A program made the translations under genes and the position numbers. Of a stretch of DNA of 32,000 nt, positions 9,204-17,637 are shown piece by piece; positions within the stretch are counted from its first letter, which is position 1, and each line of letters begins with the position of its first letter. The DNA lies in assembly GCA_000503915.1 (NCBI GenBank), contig CP006915.1:750001-782000 (forward strand), in the 5' to 3' direction. The notes under the pieces are model-generated. The model had not been told where the DNA came from and did not search any database. It was given only the letters and a program-made list of their open reading frames with translations. The stretch is from Candidatus Saccharimonadota bacterium. GTDB lineage: Bacteria > Patescibacteriota > Saccharimonadia > Saccharimonadales > Saccharimonadaceae.

Positions 9204-9932
9204 CTAGTGGGTTGTGGAAAGGAGAATCGCCTTTGCCTGATCATACTCTTCGCCACCCAGAAGCGGCTTGAACTGATCATAACTTGTAGGAGGATCACTA
9301 ATGTTTATCTTCATGGCAAGTGTCTGTACAAAATCCCTATCACTTAGGCTAATGGCATTCAGACCTATATCACAAATCGAATCACCAGGCTTTAGTTTTT
9401 TTGCGATATTAGTTGACAGCAACCCGATATACCCGCCTTCAGGAGTACTGTTTGTCGGGGTGCCTTTGTAGCCAATTTCGACATAACTTACCGAAGGGAA
9501 GCCATCTAGCATTTGATACGATGTCGCGGCTATAGTGCCAGTGTCCTCTGGGATACATATTCCGCCGACGCCGCCACCTTTACCTACTCTATAGCTCACG
9601 ACATACTTTTTTGAAGGTGACGTCAGGCTGATTTCCTCAATCCAGTTGCCGTCAGTCTTGCTGCCGCTTACGGAGGATTTATACTGCCACGTCTCGGGAT
9701 ACTTGAAAGTCAACGTCGTACCAAAATCTTTGTCGATTGAGCCATCGAGCAGTTTTACCGCTGGTTTTTCGGTTTTCTTTGGTTGACCTGAGCTTTGTTC
9801 CGTATTCGATGGCGTTGTATCCCTTTTAAGATTTTGCCAAAATATCCAGCCCAGCGCGCCGACGAGGACGATGACTAAGATGGCGATGATGATGACATGG
9901 GCGGATCCGTTTTGTGTGGCGTGTTTCTTCAC
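9204..9932 (-). CDS. membrane-anchored extracytoplasmic hypothetical protein
   Basis: 242 aa: an N-terminal TM (VIIIAILVIVLVGALGWIFW), a Ser/Thr/Pro/Lys linker, then a globular region containing GKGGGVGGICIPED. I recognise no family. Confidence 0.55.
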   Translation of the reverse strand: MKKHATQNGSAHVIIIAILVIVLVGALGWIFWQNLKRDTTPSNTEQSSGQPKKTEKPAVKLLDGSIDKDFGTTLTFKYPETWQYKSSVSGSKTDGNWIEEISLTSPSKKYVVSYRVGKGGGVGGICIPEDTGTIAATSYQMLDGFPSVSYVEIGYKGTPTNSTPEGGYIGLLSTNIAKKLKPGDSICDIGLNAISLSDRDFVQTLAMKINISDPPTSYDQFKPLLGGEEYDQAKAILLSTTH

Positions 9933-10021
9933 GTTCTTAGTTCCTATTTATCGTTGTTGCTCGTATTTAAGCATAGGCTTGTTATTTCCACAATGTATTT
10001 TGTAAAGCTTTACGCTTACGC

Positions 10022-10027
10022 TATACT
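10022..10027 (+). promoter_or_regulatory. -10 box TATACT, 11 nt upstream of the LOG-family ATG
   Basis: CGCTATACT-AATGGCAGCTT-ATG, with no Shine-Dalgarno sequence. Confidence 0.3.
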
Positions 10028-10038
10028 AATGGCAGCTT

Positions 10039-10722
10039 ATGCAACCAAAACCAAACACTGAAACCTCCGTCTGCGTACCGCGAGATATCGTTCTTCAAGC
10101 CGCCATGATGCGGCTAGGAAATGTTGAAGATGAGCTGCAGGCCGGCTACAATATTCTCCGCAAATACCACAAGACTGTCACGATTTTCGGCTCTGCTCGC
10201 ACCCCCGAAGGTGATCGCTATTACGAAGCCGCGCGGCTGACTGCACATAAACTGGCAGAGCAGGGCTATGCTGTCATTACCGGCGGTGGTCACGGTATCA
10301 TGGAAGCGGCCAACCGCGGTGCGAAAGAAGCCGGCGGCGACTCGGTCGGCTTTAATATCGCCCTACCGCATGAACAGACCTTGAATAGTCATACCACCGA
10401 AGCGATTTCTTTTTCACACTTCGCTCCTCGCAAGATTGCTATGACACTGTACGCCGAGGCGTATGTTTATTTCCCCGGTGGTTTCGGTACCATGGACGAA
10501 CTGATGGAGATTATGACGCTGATCGAAACCGGTAAAACCCAACGGGCACCAGTTATTCTCTACGGGAGTGACTTTTGGAATGACCTTGACCGTTTTATCA
10601 ATCGTTCGCAGCTCGATAATCATTTAATCTCTCCCGGTGATGAGCAAATTTACACCATTACCGATGATGTCAACGAAGTCATCCGCCTCGTCAAGACCAA
10701 CAAAACGTACTGTTCACATTGA
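10039..10722 (+). CDS. LOG family / TIGR00730 Rossmann-fold nucleotide-binding protein (nucleotide 5'-monophosphate nucleosidase-like)
   Basis: GGGHGIMEAANRGA and PGGFGTMDELMEIMTLIETGK motifs. The true start could instead be the internal MMRLGN. Confidence 0.8.
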   Translation: MQPKPNTETSVCVPRDIVLQAAMMRLGNVEDELQAGYNILRKYHKTVTIFGSARTPEGDRYYEAARLTAHKLAEQGYAVITGGGHGIMEAANRGAKEAGGDSVGFNIALPHEQTLNSHTTEAISFSHFAPRKIAMTLYAEAYVYFPGGFGTMDELMEIMTLIETGKTQRAPVILYGSDFWNDLDRFINRSQLDNHLISPGDEQIYTITDDVNEVIRLVKTNKTYCSH

Positions 10723-10801
10723 TAATGAGGAGGGGCTCTGCCCGCCGGTCAAAGCTCGGCTTTCGCCTCGCTGCGTTTCACGCGCGTAAAGGACAAGATG
10801 A

Positions 10802-12313
10802 CTATTCGATGTCTTTGGCGTTATAGTTGGCGGGTGCACTAGCTAAATACGCTTTGACCTCACTGGTATGAAGCAATCCAGCTTGTGCTCCCATGTGCTG
10901 CACCACGCTCATGCTGTTGATCGGTGCCCAGCGAAGCGCCGTTTCAAGTGATTCGCCAAGGGCTAGTGCGGCCGCGATAGTCGATGCAAACGCATCACCG
11001 GCACCAGTACGATCAAGTGGCGGTTTGGGATCGGGGTAATTCGGCATAAACAGCCGACTCTGGCTGTCAGATGCATAGGCGCCATCGGCACCATCAGTAA
11101 CAACCGCTACGGAGACGCCGAGGTTATGAAGCGACTGCAGCAGGTCATCAATATCTCCACGATCTTTGCCTGTCACTTCCGCTGCTTCTTCGCGGTTCAT
11201 TATGACTATCTCAGCCCGTTCATAAAATGGCTTCATCTTCTCAGTTCCCCACATCAAGTGGTACATGCCCGGTTGAAAGACCAGTTTGATATCCGGATTA
11301 TCAGAGAGGTAGCCAAGTATTGCTTCATGAAGTGGCCACGTCTGCTCGCCGAGCACGCCAAGATACAACCAATCCGGTTTTCTCGCCGGCTCTCGCCATC
11401 CATACGAATAATTCTCAAATTTCTGCAGCTTCGTACGATCAGCCCCATAGCGAAGGACGTAGTGATAGTTTGACTTCATGCCCTTCTCGACCACCAGGCT
11501 CTCCGTACCAACGCCCTGCTGCTTCAGATAACGAATCATGCTCTTCCCAGGCTCATCATCGCCCAGCCACGACATCAAACTCACTTCGAGACCAAGGCGC
11601 GTCATCGACACGGCCGCATTCGGGCTACACTCGACCGCTTCGATGATTTCGACTTCGTCGTAGGGCAGCTTTGCCCCCAGTTCAAAGCTGAGTAGCTTAT
11701 AGCCTTTTTCATCGGTAGTTACCTCAGCATGCTCCTCGGACAATTTGATAAATGCATCGGTGATAATGTCGCCGACCGCGAGGACATACGGCACGCTCGT
11801 CTTGGCAGATGAAAACGATGGTTGTACTTCAGGATATTCGTCATCGGTCGATCGCTTCAGACCAGCTTGACTCGCCATACGATACACCATATCGTCGTCG
11901 GTTCGGTCGTGCTCCGCATAGCGCCTAACGATCTCAGCTCGCAAATGGCGCTGGGCATGGCCGATGAGCCGCTTTTCGTACGGTAACTCATGGTGAGCAT
12001 TTTCGATTACATCGTGTAGGCAGAATGATATCAGACCATCGCTAAAACGCAGCAGGGCATAGTGACTATCACGAAGCAGCTGCTCTGCTCGACCAGCGCG
12101 GACACTAGCGTTGAGTGCATGGTACAGCTCTTCGCCAGGCGTGTCAGCCGGATCGAGGCCAAGACGACGCATAATACTGTGGGCACGCTCGGTAATATCA
12201 GCAATCAGGCGAGTATCGACGCCGCTATTTCCAGCCGCCTGCTCAAATTCGTAGAGCGTTCTCGTAAAAAGCGGATGGTCAGTACCGAGCAGATCGGCTA
12301 AAAATCTTGGCAT
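10802..12313 (-). CDS. PfkB-family carbohydrate kinase with ~170-aa N-terminal domain of unknown function
   Basis: 503 aa. The C-terminal ~320 aa look PfkB-like, ending in the signature DRTGAGDAFASTIAAAL. I recognise no family for the N-terminal part (MPRFLADLLG...HDRTDDDMVYR). It starts 3 nt after the upstream kinase's stop. Confidence 0.75.
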   Translation of the reverse strand: MPRFLADLLGTDHPLFTRTLYEFEQAAGNSGVDTRLIADITERAHSIMRRLGLDPADTPGEELYHALNASVRAGRAEQLLRDSHYALLRFSDGLISFCLHDVIENAHHELPYEKRLIGHAQRHLRAEIVRRYAEHDRTDDDMVYRMASQAGLKRSTDDEYPEVQPSFSSAKTSVPYVLAVGDIITDAFIKLSEEHAEVTTDEKGYKLLSFELGAKLPYDEVEIIEAVECSPNAAVSMTRLGLEVSLMSWLGDDEPGKSMIRYLKQQGVGTESLVVEKGMKSNYHYVLRYGADRTKLQKFENYSYGWREPARKPDWLYLGVLGEQTWPLHEAILGYLSDNPDIKLVFQPGMYHLMWGTEKMKPFYERAEIVIMNREEAAEVTGKDRGDIDDLLQSLHNLGVSVAVVTDGADGAYASDSQSRLFMPNYPDPKPPLDRTGAGDAFASTIAAALALGESLETALRWAPINSMSVVQHMGAQAGLLHTSEVKAYLASAPANYNAKDIE

Positions 12314-12316
12314 CGT

Positions 12317-13291
12317 CTAGAGTTTCCTTTCCTGAAGCGGCATTTCGTGCAGTCTTGTACCACGTGGCAGTATACCGGCTTTTGCGCCAATCTTTGTGAC
12401 GACCGATGTCGAGTTGGCACTGGCAAAAATAATTGACTCTTTCAGACTTTTCCCTTGAGCCCACTGACTCAAAAAGCCTGACCCGAAAGCATCACCAGCA
12501 CCGGTACGGTCGGTGACGCGGACATCGCGATACATGCCGGCACGAATTATTGTTGTGCCGTCTGAAGCCATCACGCCATTTGGACCATCACTAATGATGA
12601 CGACCGGTACGTAGTGCAGCAGGTGCCGGACAAGCTCTTCTAGTGTTTCGCCGTGAACAATCTGCTTCGCCTCTTCTTTATTTACCGAAAGAATATCAAT
12701 ATCCTCAAGCAAACCTTTTAATTTTGTTGGCTGCTTCAACTCATCTTTACCAGGATTGAAGAAAACTTTTATACTTTTTTGCTTCGCCTGGTGGAGAACG
12801 TGGTCGAGTGCCTCCATGCTGCCCGCTAAGCTCGATACGTACAGCCAATCCGCGGTAATATCGCCGAGGCCAAAGTGCACCTTGTCATAGTGTGTCGAAG
12901 CACCGCGGTAGGTCAAGATCGTTCGCTCGCCGTTTGGCGCGAGTAGTAGCACCGAATAACCGGTGTTGTACTGCTTGGAGTATTTGACGTGACCGGTATC
13001 GACTCCCTCACGGTCGAGATCATCGAGTACCGCCTGGCCAGCTGGATCATGGCCGATCATTCCCATAAATACTGCGTCCAAACCTTGCCTGGCAAAGGTC
13101 ACGGCAGCATTTGTCGCGCCACCACCCGTACTAAAATTGATTTTATTGACGTTGGCTTTGGCGCCGAGCTCTAGCTTTAAGAAACACTCCTGCGGATTTT
13201 CGCAGACTGCTTTTAGTTCGTCGCTCTGGCTAAGAAATACGTCTTGGACTGCCGCACCGACTGATAGTATCCGAGGAATTTGCCCACTCAT
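12317..13291 (-). CDS. PfkB-family sugar/sugar-phosphate kinase (ribokinase-like fold), specificity unknown
   Basis: 324 aa. GGGATNAAVTFARQG and DRTGAGDAFGSGF PfkB signatures. Confidence 0.85.
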   Translation of the reverse strand: MSGQIPRILSVGAAVQDVFLSQSDELKAVCENPQECFLKLELGAKANVNKINFSTGGGATNAAVTFARQGLDAVFMGMIGHDPAGQAVLDDLDREGVDTGHVKYSKQYNTGYSVLLLAPNGERTILTYRGASTHYDKVHFGLGDITADWLYVSSLAGSMEALDHVLHQAKQKSIKVFFNPGKDELKQPTKLKGLLEDIDILSVNKEEAKQIVHGETLEELVRHLLHYVPVVIISDGPNGVMASDGTTIIRAGMYRDVRVTDRTGAGDAFGSGFLSQWAQGKSLKESIIFASANSTSVVTKIGAKAGILPRGTRLHEMPLQERKL

Positions 13292-13299
13292 TACGCTAA

Positions 13300-13305
13300 A
13301 TTATA
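13300..13305 (-). promoter_or_regulatory. -10 box TATAAT, 8 nt upstream of the kinase operon ATG (leaderless-type)
   Basis: Minus strand reads GTGCTATAAT-TTAGCGTA-ATG. Confidence 0.45.
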
Positions 13306-13350
13306 GCACTTATGGTTGCTCTGCGGCTAGTTTAATAGCACAATTAAACC

Positions 13351-13692
13351 ATGGCAGCCGAGTCAATCCAAGAGCAAAATAAAATATCGGCCTTCAAGTC
13401 TGAGTCATGTTATCGACCGATGGATTCTGACAATGAGGTCCTCGATGAGTTGATGCAAAACAGAACTTACCTAGAGATACTTGGTGCATTTGCATACAAT
13501 GTCGCGACCAGCACAGATTGGCGTGACGGTGAAATTGTAATTGGACCCTACGACCAACAAACCTTATACCGGCTTGGCATTATTGATAAGAGAGGTGGCC
13601 TTACAACACGAGGCTACTTTGTGCGCCGGAGTATTGGGCTGGACGCCGAATCACTCGAACATGGAACTTTTCAGATTAAGCGCTTCGGGTAG
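13351..13692 (+). CDS. hypothetical protein (orphan, opposite strand)
   Basis: 113-aa ORF filling an otherwise empty 400-bp gap. Two 60-nt lines I counted were about 38-43% GC, below most of the window. No motif recognised. Confidence 0.4.
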   Translation: MAAESIQEQNKISAFKSESCYRPMDSDNEVLDELMQNRTYLEILGAFAYNVATSTDWRDGEIVIGPYDQQTLYRLGIIDKRGGLTTRGYFVRRSIGLDAESLEHGTFQIKRFG

Positions 13693-13694
13693 CA

Positions 13695-14606
13695 CTAGTT
13701 CACAGCTTTGCCGGTTGAACCAAAGGCGTTAATCTTCTCTTCGACTACTGCCTGGACTGCCTCGTAGACTTTCGGCATCAGTTTGACGACAGCGTACTCC
13801 TTTGGATTGTCAGCGAGCACCTGCTCGAGGGTCTTGCGAAAAGCGTAGCGCATGTCACTGTTGATATTGATCTTGCTAACGCCAATCTTGCCTGCTTCCT
13901 CAAAGTAATGCAGCGGCGTACCCGAGCCGCCGTGAAGGCTAAGCTGGCAGTTGGTTGCTTCGCGGATCTTTCTGAGAAGCTCGATATCAAGTTCCTTCGG
14001 CACCGGATATTTGCCATGAAGGTTACCGACAGCCGCAGCAAACGTATCGATGCCCGTCGCATCGACAAACGCCTTCGTTCCGGCGGGAGTACTAAATGTC
14101 TTTTTGATTTCTTCGTAGTCGATCTTTTCCTCGTGTAAGTTGGACGAGCCGCCAAAATAATGCGGTTCGCTCTCGACGAGCGCCCCAGTGAACTTGGCAT
14201 ACTCTACCACATCTTTTGTACGTGCAATGATTTCTTCTTCACTGGCATCATGATTCGCCTGAGAGATATCGATATGGATGAATTCGAAGCCCGCATCAAT
14301 CGCCCGTTTACACTTTTCAACCGTCGGACTGTGATCGAGGTTGAGATAGACTTCGATGCCATATTCACTTTTGTAGTTGTCGACAAGATCGCGAACATTT
14401 TCAAGCCCCATCGCTTCCACCTCACCATCACTCACTTCCACCAGCACTGGTGAATTCAGCTTCTGAGCGGCACGTGCAATGGCAATCAACGTTTCCTGGT
14501 TATCGATATTGAACGCACCGACAGCAAAATGCTGTGTCCGTGTTCGCTGCATCAAATGCCGAGCATGAGTCGTATTGTCACGGATCTGTCTGATAGAATG
14601 TGCCAC
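13695..14606 (-). CDS. fba: class II fructose-bisphosphate aldolase
   Basis: 303 aa. FNIDNQETL, NLDHS and SLHGGSGTP motifs of class II ketose-bisphosphate aldolases. GTG start. Confidence 0.9.
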   Translation of the reverse strand: MAHSIRQIRDNTTHARHLMQRTRTQHFAVGAFNIDNQETLIAIARAAQKLNSPVLVEVSDGEVEAMGLENVRDLVDNYKSEYGIEVYLNLDHSPTVEKCKRAIDAGFEFIHIDISQANHDASEEEIIARTKDVVEYAKFTGALVESEPHYFGGSSNLHEEKIDYEEIKKTFSTPAGTKAFVDATGIDTFAAAVGNLHGKYPVPKELDIELLRKIREATNCQLSLHGGSGTPLHYFEEAGKIGVSKININSDMRYAFRKTLEQVLADNPKEYAVVKLMPKVYEAVQAVVEEKINAFGSTGKAVN

Positions 14607-14609
14607 GTA

Positions 14610-15605
14610 TTAGTATCCTTTCCTGTACGGCGGAGCCGCTGCCACAAATGTCTTGATTTTACGCGCTAAGCTCTTGCCGTCCAGCCCGAAGTGCTCGATC
14701 AGCTCATGCGGACCACCGCTCTCACCATAACGATCTTCGACACCAAGGCGCTTGACCGGACACGGCAAGAATTCACTGACGAGCTCGGTTACCGCCCCGC
14801 CTAAACCACCAATAATCTGTGCTTCTTCAGCAGTGACGACGCGTCCAGTCTTTTCCACGCTCCTGAGGATCGTTTCGCTATCAAGCGGTTTCAGTGTCGG
14901 GACATGCACAACTTCAGCGTCAATCGAATGTTTTCGCAACGCTTCGGCTGCCACCAGCAGCTCATAGGTCATCGTGCCGGTACCACACAACGTCACGTCA
15001 CGACCTTCACGTAGCACGTAGGCTTTGCCAATCTCAAATGGCGAGTCAAGTGTACTAAATATCGGTGACTTGTCGCGTACAGATCGTAGGTACGATGGTT
15101 TGCCGTTTTTCGCAATCGCTAGCGTCGCTTTTTCCGCTTCAACGCTATCACCCGGAGCAATTACGACCATATTCGGCATGACACGCATCAATGCAAGGTC
15201 TTCGAGCATCTGGTGCGTCGCCCCATCTGGACCGGTATAGAGCCCGGCATGGCCGCCGATAATTTTGACTGGCTGATCGTTGATCGCTATAGTCGTCTTG
15301 ATCTGCTCCCAGTTACGCCCCGGGCTAAAGGCGGCGTAGCTCGCCGTAAACGGTATCTTACCAGCCCGAGCCAGACCGCTCGCGACGGTTACCAGGTTTT
15401 GTTCGGCAACGCCCATTTCCAGAAAACGCGTCGGGAATGCTTCGGCGAAATGATGCATATGGACACTTTCCGTCAGATCAGCACACAGTGCAACAACCCG
15501 TTCGTCCAGCTCGCCGGCTTTTTTTAGTCCACGGCCAAATCCGGCGCGGATCGGTTCATACTCGACATCGTCCGACAAAATATTCTTTGCTAACGGATAC
15601 TTCAT
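14610..15605 (-). CDS. transketolase, C-terminal (pyrimidine-binding) subunit
   Basis: 331 aa. GVAEQNLVTVASGLA and HAGLYTGPDGATHQ. 4-nt overlap with the N-terminal subunit gene. Confidence 0.9.
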   Translation of the reverse strand: MKYPLAKNILSDDVEYEPIRAGFGRGLKKAGELDERVVALCADLTESVHMHHFAEAFPTRFLEMGVAEQNLVTVASGLARAGKIPFTASYAAFSPGRNWEQIKTTIAINDQPVKIIGGHAGLYTGPDGATHQMLEDLALMRVMPNMVVIAPGDSVEAEKATLAIAKNGKPSYLRSVRDKSPIFSTLDSPFEIGKAYVLREGRDVTLCGTGTMTYELLVAAEALRKHSIDAEVVHVPTLKPLDSETILRSVEKTGRVVTAEEAQIIGGLGGAVTELVSEFLPCPVKRLGVEDRYGESGGPHELIEHFGLDGKSLARKIKTFVAAAPPYRKGY

Positions 15606-16477
15606 GCTCGTCCCTCATGGTCAATCTTGCCTCGTAATGTTCGCAGTTCCTGGAGCGCCTTTTTGGCCTGCTCATGATTTGGTGGCATACCGTGCCAATG
15701 GTAATCATACTCCATAAAGTCGACACCTTTACCGGGAATTGTATGCGTGATCACCACGCTCGGGCGATTAGTGATGGCCTTGGCCATGCCAACTGCATCG
15801 AGAATGCTTTCGATATTATGCCCATCGATTTCCTGCACGTGCCAGCCAAAACTTTCCCATTTGCCGCGTAAATCCTCGAGCGGCATGATATCCTCGGTGT
15901 TACCATCAATCTGAATATTGTTGCGGTCAACAAAAACAATCAGCTGGCTGAGCTTGTATTTGCCTGCAAACATCGCCGCTTCCCAAATATTACCCTCGTC
16001 GAGTTCGCCATCACCGGTGATACAGTACACGAAACGGTGCGGCGTATCGTCAAGATATTGCAGCGAATATGCTACGCCAGCCGCCTGAGCAAGACCACTG
16101 CCGAGCGGTCCGCTGGTGTTTTCAAGACCCGGTAGACGCAGGCGTTCTGGGTGTCCCTGGAGACGCGAGCCAAGTTTACGGAGCGTCATCAGCTCTGCCG
16201 TATCAAAATATCCGGCCTCTGCCATCACGGCGTATTGTACCGGCACGCAGTGACCGTTGGAGAGAAAAAAGAAATCTCGTTCATCCCATTCAGGCTGCTT
16301 TGGGTCAAGCCGCATGACATGAAAGTAAAGGGTCGTTACCAGATCAGCCAGGCCAAGCGGACCAGCGCTATGCCCACTGCCGGCTTCCTCGAGCATAGCA
16401 ATAATATGGCGACGTACCGTATTCGCCCTGGCTTCTAGCTGTTTGATCGTAAGTTGCCCACTCATATCTGTTCCCAT
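15602..16477 (-). CDS. transketolase, N-terminal (TPP-binding) subunit
   Basis: 291 aa. SGHSAGPLG, SNGHCVP and the TPP motif GDGELDEGNIWEA. Confidence 0.9.
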   Translation of the reverse strand: MGTDMSGQLTIKQLEARANTVRRHIIAMLEEAGSGHSAGPLGLADLVTTLYFHVMRLDPKQPEWDERDFFFLSNGHCVPVQYAVMAEAGYFDTAELMTLRKLGSRLQGHPERLRLPGLENTSGPLGSGLAQAAGVAYSLQYLDDTPHRFVYCITGDGELDEGNIWEAAMFAGKYKLSQLIVFVDRNNIQIDGNTEDIMPLEDLRGKWESFGWHVQEIDGHNIESILDAVGMAKAITNRPSVVITHTIPGKGVDFMEYDYHWHGMPPNHEQAKKALQELRTLRGKIDHEGRA

Positions 16478-16491
16478 TGTACCACTTAACC

Positions 16492-17139
16492 CTAGATCAC
16501 GGTCTGTTTGTTGACTTCTTCGACCAGGTTTTTATAGGTCGTAGCCGGGTCGTTACTGCGTGCCAGTGCGCCACCGACATTGAGTACGTCCACACCGCCT
16601 TGACTCAGGCTATAAGCATTCTCTATCACCACGCCGCCATCCCAGCCGATCTCGACGCTCGGTTTAATAGCTCGGACAAGACGTGCCTTTTCGAGTTGCA
16701 TCATGCTGGCTGTGCCGCCGTAATGCCCGAGGTCGCCACTGAATAGCATGACATGGTCAACTTTCTGGATTAGAGCGGCAACGGTCGCTGGTACGGTCGG
16801 ACGCTGTAGTGCCACACCGGCTTTTATACCACTTCCCTGGATCTTTTGCACAATAGGCATTAAATCCTCCGCAACTTCGGCATGAAAGATAATCAGGCTT
16901 GGTTTGAGGGCAATCAGCTGATCGACATGTTCGCTCGGACGCGCCACCATGGCGTGGATATCCGCCTGCCAGTTAGCTGGCCACCATATCTGATTTGCCG
17001 CCACCGTAAAAGCAGGCGCAAACTCTCCGTCACAAATATCAATATGAACTCGCTCGGCAAACGCCTGAATACGCTCCATCAGCTGCTTGTATTGATCGGT
17101 ACTTTCGGCGAGAATTGCCGGCGCAATCACGCTCGCCAC
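16492..17139 (-). CDS. ribulose-phosphate 3-epimerase family protein (divergent)
   Basis: APAILAES, HIDICDGEFAP, DIHAMV and EIGWDGGV align to Rpe landmarks. I trimmed the track ORF to the GTG at 17139, which overlaps the rpiB stop (TAGTG). The longer N-terminus would overlap rpiB out of frame. Confidence 0.7.
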   Translation of the reverse strand: MASVIAPAILAESTDQYKQLMERIQAFAERVHIDICDGEFAPAFTVAANQIWWPANWQADIHAMVARPSEHVDQLIALKPSLIIFHAEVAEDLMPIVQKIQGSGIKAGVALQRPTVPATVAALIQKVDHVMLFSGDLGHYGGTASMMQLEKARLVRAIKPSVEIGWDGGVVIENAYSLSQGGVDVLNVGGALARSNDPATTYKNLVEEVNKQTVI

Positions 17140-17591
17140 TACGCTACCTCGTCGATTTGCATGTTGCGACGCTTGAAACGTGCCGCTCCCGCAAACGGCG
17201 TGTTGAGCCACGTTTCGACGATACCTTGCCAGGCTGCTTCGTCGTCCTCTAGTACTCGAGCCGGCAAACAAAGGACATTGCTGTCATTATCATTCCGTGT
17301 CATCTTTGCCTCAAATGCATCCCATATCACGGCAGCGCGAATACCGCGAAAGCGATTCGCCGCCATCGCCATACCTTGACCACCACCGCAGAGCAGAATC
17401 GCGCGCGGATCTTTGTCTTCTTCGCCAATAATTTTCATCGCCGCCAGTTGCGCAAACTCCGGAAAGTCATCCGCCGGGTCAAGCTCCTTACCGCCAACAT
17501 CATCGACATCATAGCCATGCTTTGCCAGGTAGGCAAATAGCCTCTCTTTTAGATAAAACCCTTGATGATCCGCACCCAGATAGATTTTCAT
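17139..17591 (-). CDS. rpiB: ribose-5-phosphate isomerase B
   Basis: MKIYLGADHQGFYLKE...LLCGGGQGMAMAANR. I trimmed the track ORF to the ATG at 17591, a typical RpiB N-terminus preceded by a -10 box. Confidence 0.85.
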   Translation of the reverse strand: MKIYLGADHQGFYLKERLFAYLAKHGYDVDDVGGKELDPADDFPEFAQLAAMKIIGEEDKDPRAILLCGGGQGMAMAANRFRGIRAAVIWDAFEAKMTRNDNDSNVLCLPARVLEDDEAAWQGIVETWLNTPFAGAARFKRRNMQIDEVA

Positions 17592-17597
17592 ATTATC

Positions 17598-17603
17598 AGT
17601 ATA
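17598..17603 (-). promoter_or_regulatory. -10 box TATACT, 6 nt upstream of rpiB ATG (leaderless-type)
   Basis: Minus strand reads GCTTATACT-GATAAT-ATG. Confidence 0.4.
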
Positions 17604-17637
17604 AGCATTAGCGTTAAATCTGTAAACGCACGGTTTA

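Noticed and set aside
10723-10801. Possible bidirectional terminator in the convergent LOG/kinase spacer.
   Set aside because: Only weak 4-5-bp stems are present (gggc/gccc and aaagc/gcttt), with no T-tracts. That is not enough to call a feature.
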